Shown here piece after piece: positions 1 through 7,681 of a stretch of 10,328 nt of DNA (position 1 is the first letter of the stretch; every line of letters begins with the position of its first letter). The stretch lies in the NCBI GenBank assembly GCA_008080735.1, contig SHMW01000110.1, positions 1 through 10,328 of the forward strand. Reading direction: 5' to 3'. Source of the DNA: Promethearchaeota archaeon (GTDB lineage: Archaea > Asgardarchaeota > Lokiarchaeia > Sigyniarchaeales > SOKP01). Both the position numbers and the translations under genes were made by a program. A model generated the notes under the pieces. That model worked only from the letters and a program-made list of their open reading frames with translations, ran no database searches and was not told the origin of the DNA.

Positions 1-276
1 TCCGATCTCACCGTGTTTGAATTGTTCCGCGAGGTCGTGAAGGACTTGCTGCGGGGCGAAATCGAATTTCTCAAGACATCGAAATATTATAATCTCAAAG
101 ACAACTTTTACGATGACGCCGAGCAGTTTGCGAATGAAATTCAAGCATGGGGATATCTATATAGAGAGAGACAGCAGAAAAACTCGCTTACTAACGTGGG
201 TATGATGTGGCACGCGTACCAGACGAAGGTCTTGTTCAAGATCGATCAATTTAAAACATTAGACAAATTTTTTTAG
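1..276 (+). CDS. Hypothetical protein, probably the 3' part of a gene cut by the window edge, with a C-terminal PIP-box-like motif
   Basis: Frame is open from base 1 (TCC GAT CTC ACC GTG...), so the GTG at 13 may be internal. Ends ...DQFKTLDKFF-TAG. About 45% GC over 1-240 by hand count. Confidence 0.7.
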   Translation, partial: SDLTVFELFREVVKDLLRGEIEFLKTSKYYNLKDNFYDDAEQFANEIQAWGYLYRERQQKNSLTNVGMMWHAYQTKVLFKIDQFKTLDKFF

Positions 277-281
277 AGCAG

Positions 282-301
282 AATAAGAATTAATAAGAAT
301 T
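282..301 (+). repeat. Short tandem repeat (AATAAGAATT)x2
   Basis: Direct reading of 282-301, followed by a degenerate copy AACAATAAAT. Confidence 0.6.
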
Positions 302-359
302 AACAATAAATGTACTCTCTCATTTAGTTTATATGGGAACGAAATAATAAAACCGTAGG

Positions 360-716
360 ATGAGTATGAAAAAAAAACGCATAATCACGCTGAAGGACCC
401 GAAGCTGCGGAAGATCCGCAAAAATCTCAGAGAGCTATTACTTAAAGCGTTTTCAGAAAGATTGTCAGAAGTCCGTAGCAAGAAAGATAAAATTAGGGAA
501 AATCCCGACTTGAACTACTATGAAAAAAAAGAAAAACTGATCGAGCTTCAATCTATAATACAAGATCTCACATTAGCGAAGAACGGAGCCCCCCTCTCAT
601 GCTCCACTTGTAAACGCATCGACATCGACCTCGTATATAATCCCGTATTTGAGGAATGGTACTGCGAGGAATGCTATGAATTTAATAGTCAAGGACATAA
701 AGATTGGTTTCCCTGA
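360..716 (+). CDS. Hypothetical protein with a basic N-terminus, helical middle and C-terminal Cys4 zinc finger
   Basis: 118 aa. KKKR...KLRKIRKNLR N-terminus, then CSTC...WYCEEC (two CxxC pairs). Confidence 0.8.
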   Translation: MSMKKKRIITLKDPKLRKIRKNLRELLLKAFSERLSEVRSKKDKIRENPDLNYYEKKEKLIELQSIIQDLTLAKNGAPLSCSTCKRIDIDLVYNPVFEEWYCEECYEFNSQGHKDWFP

Positions 717-772
717 TCTGTTTCCTTCTCCCATTTGTTTTGCAATTTTTGCATATTATTTGAGGAATTATC

Positions 773-1399
773 ATGTTTTTTAGTAACTACTATATTAAGG
801 AAAAAAAATATGCAATGATGGAAGAACCATTAAATTTTAAGGAGATTTGTTCTAAGATTTTCTTTCCATATGTCTTGATTTATTTAGATACTGACTTACA
901 TATAGACATTGGACTTGCTTCAATCTTAATCTTTATTGCGCTTCTTGTCTCGATTATTTTAGCCTTTCCTGTAGGAAAACTAGTGGATAAGATAGGAAGA
1001 AAGCAAGTTGGTCTTCTAGCCGTTTTGATAGAATCTGTTGCGCTCTTTCTTTTTGCTTTATCAGGTAAAAACCTAATATTTTTAGCAATAACCTCAATTT
1101 TCTGGGTATTTGCTATGCTCTCGTATAATATTGCATCAAGAACTTGGTTAAAAGACCTATATCCCCAAGAAAAACGAGGCCAATTTCACGGATTCTATCT
1201 CTTTTTCAATGTACTGCTAGGCATGACAATTGGGCCATTTATTGGAGGTATTGTGGCTCGAACATTTGGTTCTGATTATGTAAATGAATATGGAGTCCCA
1301 GGATACACTCCATCTATGTGGGTTTTTATATTTGCAGCGATATTAATGCTTCTAGCAGTTATCCCACTTTTAAGCGCGAAAGAATCGAAAGAAAGATAA
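773..1399 (+). pseudogene. Half-length MFS transporter (about TM7-TM12), probable truncated remnant or possibly a functional half-transporter
   Basis: MFS motif A (GKLVDKIGRK), DLYPQEKRG motif and about 5-6 hydrophobic helices in only 208 aa. The same frame continues upstream past a TGA at 761-763 as a hydrophobic stretch (FLLPFVLQFLHII*GIIMFF). Confidence 0.6.
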
Positions 1400-1400
1400 C

Positions 1401-1438
1401 AAATATTATTAATATTTCTATTTTCTTTTCTTTTTTCT
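1401..1438 (+). terminator. Putative oligo-T terminator after the MFS gene
   Basis: AAATATTA-T-TAATATTT palindrome followed by TTTTCTTTTCTTTTTTCT just after the stop codon. Confidence 0.45.
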
Positions 1439-1558
1439 AAACACCAAGAATGATAGAGAGATATGCAAAAGTGAGAAAAATTATTTCAAAATAATTTTAT
1501 TTTACCTATTATTTACAGACATATTATAATATTCAAAAATATCAATGGTGAATAAGAT

Positions 1559-2302
1559 ATGGTTATAGAATTGAGTATTCCGCAGATTCTACAAGGCACA
1601 TTCAACTTGATCTTTGTGTTGATTTCCTTTATTGTCGGCTTAATTATTCTTTCAAAATATTTTAAGTATAAAAAAAATCATTATATTGCGATTGGAATAA
1701 TCTGGATAGGGATCTCAACTCCGTGGTTGCATGGTGCTATAGCGTTTCTATTACTTCTATTAGACATTGAAATGGCACAATCAATACGTTTTATCATTGC
1801 ATATGCGTTTATACCCCTAATTACCGCTCTTTGGTTCAATACATTTTCAGATTTTATGTATCAAGAAAAGAAAAAGATTTTAGTTTCGATATTTTCATTA
1901 TTAGCTATAGCGTGTGAAATTATATTCTTTGTATTCTTATTTCTCGATCAAGAACAACTTATAGGTTCTTTTAATTATGCTGAAGGAAAATATTTTTCAG
2001 CAACATATAAACCCTTTACAAGGTTCACTCTATTGTTTTTCCTTATCAGCGCTTTTATATCTTTTATCATTTTCGCCAGTCAATCATTGAAATCAGCTGA
2101 TGCAGAAGTTAAATTAAAAGGTAAATTCCTTATTGTTGCTTTTGTAACTTATACTGCATGTGCTTTTATAGATTCTTTTGCATTCTTTTTACAATTTCCT
2201 ATCGTAATAGTCTTTATTCGGATCTTTCTCATGCTTAGTGCTATTGAATTCTATTTTGGTTGGATACTACCTGATTTTATAAAAACACTTTTCATAAAGT
2301 AA
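1559..2302 (+). CDS. Stand-alone integral membrane protein with about 7 TM helices, function unknown
   Basis: 247 aa with seven hydrophobic segments separated by basic loops (SKYFKYKK, YQEKKK, KLKGK). No soluble output domain. Confidence 0.85.
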   Translation: MVIELSIPQILQGTFNLIFVLISFIVGLIILSKYFKYKKNHYIAIGIIWIGISTPWLHGAIAFLLLLLDIEMAQSIRFIIAYAFIPLITALWFNTFSDFMYQEKKKILVSIFSLLAIACEIIFFVFLFLDQEQLIGSFNYAEGKYFSATYKPFTRFTLLFFLISAFISFIIFASQSLKSADAEVKLKGKFLIVAFVTYTACAFIDSFAFFLQFPIVIVFIRIFLMLSAIEFYFGWILPDFIKTLFIK

Positions 2303-2310
2303 TCCAGTAG

Positions 2311-2355
2311 AGAGAAAAACAAAGAAAAAAAATCATTCTTTTCTATTTTTATTTT
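2311..2355. terminator. Putative bidirectional A-tract/T-tract terminator between convergent genes
   Basis: A-rich run (2315-2332) followed by a T-rich run (2336-2355), lying between the stops at 2302 (+) and 2384 (-). Confidence 0.45.
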
Positions 2356-2383
2356 AATGAATGAAACCATACTATTGGAAAAG

Positions 2384-2593
2384 CTATTGATCTAATACTA
2401 ATTTGGCAAAGTATTTAAAACTTCTATTATAACTTCGTTCTGCTCCCTTAGATATCTTAGCAAATATACATCCAGGCAATTCATTCATGGAAAGATGGTA
2501 TTCTATGCATTTACAACATTTTCCACGTCGAGAACAACTCGAGTATGTACAAGCACATTTATTTTTTAATTCCTCTTGATTGCAATCAACCAT
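2384..2593 (-). CDS. Small cysteine-rich protein, DUF6485-like
   Basis: Pattern CxCTYxxCSRRGKCCxCxxYH...ELPGC...ERSYNRS matches my recollection of this family. 8 Cys in 69 aa. Confidence 0.75.
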   Translation of the reverse strand: MVDCNQEELKNKCACTYSSCSRRGKCCKCIEYHLSMNELPGCIFAKISKGAERSYNRSFKYFAKLVLDQ

Positions 2594-2717
2594 AATAAGA
2601 AAAGAAATAAATCAATCAATATAAGATTTAAAATTTCTATATTTTATTGACATTTTTGAATATTTTTACTGATACTCTTTTGTAAGTTTAAATAATTTTC
2701 ATTATTTCCTTCAATCT

Positions 2718-3100
2718 ATGAACTTAAAATTTAATCAAGAAGAAATAGAAAAAGCAGAAACAGACTTTTCTAATGTTCGGATGGATGCACATATTAATAT
2801 GGCATTGGATAAATGGCGGAAATATATTTACAATCTATTGATATCTCAAGGGGCGCCATGAAGGGATATTTATTACGTTCAATGCGTGATACTCAGAAAG
2901 AATTGAAACTTACGACCGAGGATATCCAAAAACTTGCACCCCAAGTACAAACTCAAGTATTTAGCTCATCGTTTGATTTTCTTCACAGGCGCTTAAAATT
3001 TACTTTAAGATCTCAAGATGAGGATTAAATAAAAATTTTAGATACTGCTAGGAATTCTGCTAAAGCGTTCCTAGCTCAAGTAAGAAAATCACTTAATTAG
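2718..3100 (+). pseudogene. Disrupted hypothetical helical protein, about 127 aa if repaired
   Basis: ATG at 2718 reads MNLKFNQEEIEKAETDFSNVRMDAHINMALDK. One extra A at 2811-2813 would join it to the 2813 ORF (MAEIYLQ...QDED). Past the TAA at 3026-3028 the frame continues IKILDTARNSAKAFLAQVRKSLN to TAG at 3098-3100. Confidence 0.6.
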
Positions 3101-3212
3101 AATCATCAACCAATGAAAATGTACCATCTGTCGTTTCGCATTCGGGACATTCTTCAGGTATATCTTCTAAGTCAAATTCTGCTTCACATTTGTCACATTT
3201 CCAGTGGGGCAT
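3093..3212 (-). CDS. 39-aa rubredoxin-like or zinc-ribbon protein, absent from the ORF track
   Basis: Translated by hand as MPHWKCDKCEAEFDLEDIPEECPECETTDGTFSLVDDSN*. WxCxxC...PxxCPxC...F is the short rubredoxin-like domain pattern. Confidence 0.85.
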   Translation of the reverse strand: MPHWKCDKCEAEFDLEDIPEECPECETTDGTFSLVDDSN

Positions 3213-3353
3213 TTATATATCCCTTGAAGTTAAGACAATATTTAGAACTAATAAAATAACATAAAGAGTTATTAAAAAATATTGTGATAAAGCAATTTCC
3301 TATTTAATGCTATTTATTTGCCCTAAAAATGAATCTTTTAAGCAATATAATAA

Positions 3354-3536
3354 TTAAGATTCATTCCTAATATTAAATCCAAGGCTTAATATTAGACCAT
3401 ATATGGTTTTTCTTTTTTCACCTAGATTTGATGTGTTATAGTTTTTTGCTATAGCAGTAAGTAAATTATCGAAACCATGTTCCAATTTAAACCTCGCGTG
3501 AAAGTCATTTCGATTGAGTATATTGGAATCCTCCAT
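3354..3536 (-). CDS. Doubtful small ORF or gene remnant
   Basis: 60 aa. The frame stays open 20 codons upstream to 3596 without a start codon. No firm motif. Confidence 0.25.
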   Translation of the reverse strand: MEDSNILNRNDFHARFKLEHGFDNLLTAIAKNYNTSNLGEKRKTIYGLILSLGFNIRNES

Positions 3537-3611
3537 CGATAGATCCGAAATTGAAAAGCTAAATTCTAAATAGCTACAAAATCTTTTGAAATAAGGTTAG
3601 ATTGGTATTGG

Positions 3612-4487
3612 TTATTCAGATATCCCTTCACTTACGTTTTCTAGCTCTAAATCAACTGATTTTTTATAGAATATTTGGATCTCTTCTTTTGTTAAATAGA
3701 TTGAAGCTGCTTCCGCATTAGCTCTTACATGTTTAGTTTGAAATGCTTTTGGAATAGTAATTACATTTTGATGATTTATAAGCCAAGCGATCGCAATTTG
3801 TTGGATTGTAGCATCATATTTTCTACCAATATTTTCTAATTTTTGTTTAAGATCCCCTGATAAATCTGTTAATCCTTCATGTCCTAAGGGGGAATAGGCG
3901 GTCATTGTGATATTTTTATCTTGATAATGCGGAAGCGACTTGAAAATGTGTTTTTGCTGGATTATACTCGCGTTGAGTTGGTTATTTATCAATTCTTCAT
4001 TTTTGAGTAATGCCTGCGCTTTTTTAAATCGTTCTACAGAGAAATTACTAACACCAATATATCTAGTTTTTCCTTCTCTCACTAAGTCTTCCATAACTCC
4101 CATCTGTTTTTCTAAAGATAACAATGGATTTGGCCAATGGATTAGATATAAATCAAAATGATCGATATCCAATCTTTTCAAACTTTTTTTTGCAGCCTTT
4201 TTCATGGTTTTCCTTCGAAAATGTATCGGTAAAATTTTTGAGGTAATAAATAATTCATCTCGATCATATTCTTTTATAACTTGTCCGACGATTTTTTCAG
4301 CTTTTCCCCATCCATAAACCTCAGCAGTGTCAATATGAGTCATGCCAAGTTCAATTCCAATTCTTAAAGACTCCTTCCATTGATCATAGTATGCTTGGTC
4401 TTTAAAAAACCTCGAAATACCCCAAGTTCCTTGTCCTATGATTGAAATCTTTTCTTTTGTATTTGCTAATTCTACTTTCCTCATCAT
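3612..4487 (-). CDS. Aldo/keto reductase
   Basis: GQGTWG, IDTAEVYG (catalytic Asp/Tyr), ITSK (Lys), DLYLIHWP (His), IGVSNF, AYSPLG and IPKA motifs. Confidence 0.96.
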   Translation of the reverse strand: MMRKVELANTKEKISIIGQGTWGISRFFKDQAYYDQWKESLRIGIELGMTHIDTAEVYGWGKAEKIVGQVIKEYDRDELFITSKILPIHFRRKTMKKAAKKSLKRLDIDHFDLYLIHWPNPLLSLEKQMGVMEDLVREGKTRYIGVSNFSVERFKKAQALLKNEELINNQLNASIIQQKHIFKSLPHYQDKNITMTAYSPLGHEGLTDLSGDLKQKLENIGRKYDATIQQIAIAWLINHQNVITIPKAFQTKHVRANAEAASIYLTKEEIQIFYKKSVDLELENVSEGISE

Positions 4488-4507
4488 AATTAATAGATGC
4501 TGATTGG

Positions 4508-4526
4508 ATAATATATTCTTTCTTTC
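4508..4526 (-). promoter_or_regulatory. Candidate archaeal BRE/TATA promoter giving a near-leaderless AKR transcript
   Basis: Minus strand reads GAAAGAAAG-AATATATTAT, with the AT box about 21-30 bp upstream of the ATG at 4487. Confidence 0.35.
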
Positions 4527-4706
4527 TTTAATTTAAAGACAAATGCATTATTGCTTATAAAATTGAAAACTCCCCTTAACAAAATTTTTATTATTCATTA
4601 GTATGTAGATAAGATCTGATTTCTAATATACTCTGAAAGATGAGATTCTGATTTGAAATTTACTAATATATAGGTAATTCCTAAACCATATTTATTATGG
4701 GGGATT

Positions 4707-5252
4707 TTAGGAAAAATTTTTAGCTATTTCATCAAATATTTCTCCCTGTTTCTCTATAGACGCGTTAAAAAGGCAAATGTTGGGCAAAGTCATCAAATAT
4801 GATTTTATAGGGTGCGATAAGGTCTCTCCAATAGTCGCAATAATCGAAAAATCACGTTGAAATATATTTCTAAGAAAAGTCTCAAATTTATTTGAAAATA
4901 ATTCCATTTTCCCTATCTCATCTATCAATAATATTCGAGCGTCATTAGAAGTTTCAATATCTCGTATTCTATTTTCTAGATATTCTACTATAAAATTGTT
5001 AAATTTTTCCACGAAAACAGAATAATCCCCCAACTTGTATGTATCCTCAAATTTACCTTTCCGAGCTAAAGGAAATTGGATATTTGAATCAATGGCTTTT
5101 ACATCAAAACCGATGCGCTTATTGTTTATTCTTATCTCTGGAGTAAAAAATCCCACTATAAAATAGTCTTTCTCAATGTATTGTATAAATTTTTTTATAA
5201 GTGTTGATTTTCCAGACCGAGGTGGACCACTAATTAAAATCTTTTGACTCAT
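4707..5252 (-). CDS. Nucleoside-triphosphatase, THEP1/NTPase_1 family
   Basis: Walker A GPPRSGKST, GFFTPEIR...RIGF, and Walker B LLIDEIGKMELFS. Confidence 0.93.
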   Translation of the reverse strand: MSQKILISGPPRSGKSTLIKKFIQYIEKDYFIVGFFTPEIRINNKRIGFDVKAIDSNIQFPLARKGKFEDTYKLGDYSVFVEKFNNFIVEYLENRIRDIETSNDARILLIDEIGKMELFSNKFETFLRNIFQRDFSIIATIGETLSHPIKSYLMTLPNICLFNASIEKQGEIFDEIAKNFS

Positions 5253-5359
5253 ATCGCATTATATCGAATTTTTAACTGCATAGAATGCATAATCGCTAAA
5301 ATTTATTTCTTAGCAATCCTTAATTTTTAACATCTAAGAATAAGGATTAATGAAATAAA

Positions 5360-6196
5360 ATGAATCATATACAAGGAGAATTTATTGGAGAAAATAATCT
5401 TAAAATTTATTATCAAGCGTGGTTGCCAGATCAAAATCCCAAAGCGATTATTCAAATAGTTCATGGGTTTGCAGAACATTCTGGTCGATATGAGAATGTG
5501 GTTAACAAGCTTGTACCTCTAGGCTATGCCATCTATGCTGATGATCACAGAGGGCATGGAAAATCAGAAGGAATAACAAATTATGTCGATTCATTTGATC
5601 AGTATGTTGAAGATGAGAAAAAACTATACGATATCGCGAACGAAAATCATCCGAATATAAAATATTTCATATTGGGTCATTCAATGGGCTCGGGTATCGC
5701 GATATATTTTATTGAGAAATATGAAGATTTAATAGATGGATTAATTCTTTCTGGGACTGGAACTGCTGCTGGAGGAGAAGTCTCGGGGTTAGTTAAATTC
5801 ATGTCGAGAATTCTCTCAAAATTAGCACCCAAAATGACTATAGATCCAAAATTAGATCCCGAACGTTTATCCCATGATCCTCAAGTTGTTGAGGCTTATA
5901 AGGATGACCCACTTGTTCATCATCAAGAGATAACTACCAGATTAGGTTACGAGATGATTAAAAAATTTGGTAATGTGGAAAAAGTAGTATCGAAATTTAA
6001 ATTACCTCTATTAGTACAAAGCGGATCAAAAGATCAGGCTATGCACGGAATTGAAGATCTAAAAAATCATTTTACTATGAATGACAAGACAATAAACATC
6101 TATGATGGCTTATATCACGAAGTCTATAATGAAATCAAAGAAGACCGCGAAAAAGTACTTGATGATCTGGTTAAATGGTTAGAGAATCACATTTAG
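5360..6196 (+). CDS. Alpha/beta hydrolase, lysophospholipase/monoacylglycerol lipase-like (Hydrolase_4)
   Basis: VHGFAEHSGRY, DHRGHGKS, nucleophile elbow GHSMG, Asp in GSKD and His in LYHEVYNE. Confidence 0.94.
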   Translation: MNHIQGEFIGENNLKIYYQAWLPDQNPKAIIQIVHGFAEHSGRYENVVNKLVPLGYAIYADDHRGHGKSEGITNYVDSFDQYVEDEKKLYDIANENHPNIKYFILGHSMGSGIAIYFIEKYEDLIDGLILSGTGTAAGGEVSGLVKFMSRILSKLAPKMTIDPKLDPERLSHDPQVVEAYKDDPLVHHQEITTRLGYEMIKKFGNVEKVVSKFKLPLLVQSGSKDQAMHGIEDLKNHFTMNDKTINIYDGLYHEVYNEIKEDREKVLDDLVKWLENHI

Positions 6197-6209
6197 CTTT
6201 ATCTTTTTA

Positions 6210-7325
6210 TTATTTTTTTGATAATTCTTTGAATTTTAGCAATAATTCTTTCTGTTCTTTAGTAATGTCTTTTGGAATGGTGATATTTACTTTTACGTAT
6301 TGATCTCCTCTCCCATTGCCACGCATATAGGTGACCCCTCTATTTTTGATTCGAAATTCTGTACCGTATTCTGTTCCAGGTGGAATTTTAATTTCTTTAT
6401 GCGATAATTCTTCCTTTTTATAATCTAAAGTAGGAACGATTATTTCACCACCCAAAATTGCAGTGACAATATCTAAGTCTGCTATCGTGTATAAATCATT
6501 CCCTTGCCTAATAAAATCATCATTCTTTTCAACATTTACTTTTAAGTATAAATCTCCTGGTAGGGCATCACGAGAAGGAATATGCCCTTGTCCAGATATC
6601 TTCAAATGGACCCCGTTCTCTACTCCTGGGGGAATTTTTACGCCATTCAATTCCTTTGAGTCTTTGACCACTTTATTTCCTTTACAGATCTTACATTTAT
6701 TTTTGATAATCTTGCCAGTCCCATCGCAATAAGGACATTCAGTTTCTCTAATAATCGTTCCAAACCCTGAACGTGACATTTTACGATATCTTCCAGAGCC
6801 TTGGCACTCTGAGCAAGTCTCAACTGAAGAGGAGTCTTCCGCTCCCGTGCCATCGCACTCGGAACACGGAACGTATCTTTCTACGCTTATATTCTTTTTT
6901 GTTCCAAACATAGCTTCTTGAAAGCTAATATTGACGATTTCTTCTACATCTTGTCCAACTTCTCTTCTTCTTTGTCTCCTCGTTGATCTACTCGATCCAA
7001 ATCCACCAAAACCACCAAAACCGCCGAAGAAGGACTCGAAAATTTCATCAATTCCGGGAATTCCTCCGCTGAAAATGTCACTTAGGTCTACATCAACTCC
7101 ACGAAAACCAAAATTATCATAGTTTCTCCGTTTCTCCGAATCACTTAAGACTTCATATGCTTCTTGAATCTCAATAAATTTGTCTTTCGCATTGGGGTCG
7201 TCCTTGTTAACGTCAGGATGGTACTTTCTTGCTAACCTTCGATATGCTAGTTTGATTTCGTCTGTTGTTGCATCCCTCTCCACACCTAATACATCATAAT
7301 AATCTCTTTTTTGACCCGAACTCAT
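6210..7325 (-). CDS. dnaJ: Chaperone DnaJ (class A J-protein)
   Basis: J-domain with HPD, G/F-rich linker, four zinc-binding repeats ([32 protein letters not shown]) and C-terminal GDLY/GDQYV motifs. Confidence 0.98.
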   Translation of the reverse strand: MSSGQKRDYYDVLGVERDATTDEIKLAYRRLARKYHPDVNKDDPNAKDKFIEIQEAYEVLSDSEKRRNYDNFGFRGVDVDLSDIFSGGIPGIDEIFESFFGGFGGFGGFGSSRSTRRQRRREVGQDVEEIVNISFQEAMFGTKKNISVERYVPCSECDGTGAEDSSSVETCSECQGSGRYRKMSRSGFGTIIRETECPYCDGTGKIIKNKCKICKGNKVVKDSKELNGVKIPPGVENGVHLKISGQGHIPSRDALPGDLYLKVNVEKNDDFIRQGNDLYTIADLDIVTAILGGEIIVPTLDYKKEELSHKEIKIPPGTEYGTEFRIKNRGVTYMRGNGRGDQYVKVNITIPKDITKEQKELLLKFKELSKK

Positions 7326-7417
7326 TTTCTTTTATTTCCATTCCATAATTATTGATGTCCAATTCTATTTCTATAATATTCAATAAATTTTATTTTTTAA
7401 GATGAAATTATCCTTAT

Positions 7418-7427
7418 CTTATAAAAA
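7418..7427 (-). promoter_or_regulatory. Candidate TATA box for independent dnaJ transcription
   Basis: Minus strand TTTTTATAAG about 93 bp upstream of the dnaJ ATG. Weak evidence given the AT-rich background. Confidence 0.3.
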
Positions 7428-7611
7428 CCATTAATAGGTATTAATTCAAAAAATTTGCTTACAATCCTCAAAAAGTTCTCAGATTCAATCAATTAGATGA
7501 TTACACTCAAACTTTAATAACTTCTCATTTAATAAGAATTTTGTGATTTGCTAAGATTTAAACCCCTAAATTAATTATATAACAATTTTTCATTGTTTTC
7601 AAAAATAATCT

Positions 7612-7636
7612 AAAAATAAATTGAAAAAAGAAAGAA
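7612..7636 (-). terminator. Putative oligo-T terminator downstream of dnaK
   Basis: Minus strand TTCTTTCTTTTTTCAATTTATTTTT about 45-70 bp after the dnaK stop. Confidence 0.45.
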
Positions 7637-7681
7637 TATCTAAAATATTTGGAAAAACTTCATTAGGTATTTTCTTTGAAT

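Noticed and set aside
282-310. AATAAGAATT repeat as a CRISPR or iteron array (the word recurs at 7531-7540)
   Set aside because: Only two adjacent copies, no spacers, and low complexity in AT-rich DNA.
714-763. TGA codons at 714-716 and 761-763 as selenocysteine or readthrough sites
   Set aside because: Neither lies in a redox-motif context and I saw no SECIS-like element. Readthrough of 714 gives only a short nondescript extension.
1559-2302. Microbial rhodopsin (schizorhodopsin or heliorhodopsin)
   Set aside because: The last helix has no retinal-binding Lys (no DxxxK or SxxxK) and there is no RYxxW-type motif.
2813-3028. 71-aa ORF as a complete gene
   Set aside because: Better explained as the middle of the disrupted 2718-3100 gene.
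3940-4161. 73-aa plus-strand ORF
   Set aside because: Antisense shadow inside the aldo/keto reductase with no motif.
6463-7122. ORFs 6463-6732, 6647-6853 and 6931-7122
   Set aside because: Antisense or alternate-frame shadows of dnaJ. The PPKPPKPP run simply mirrors the G/F-rich linker codons.
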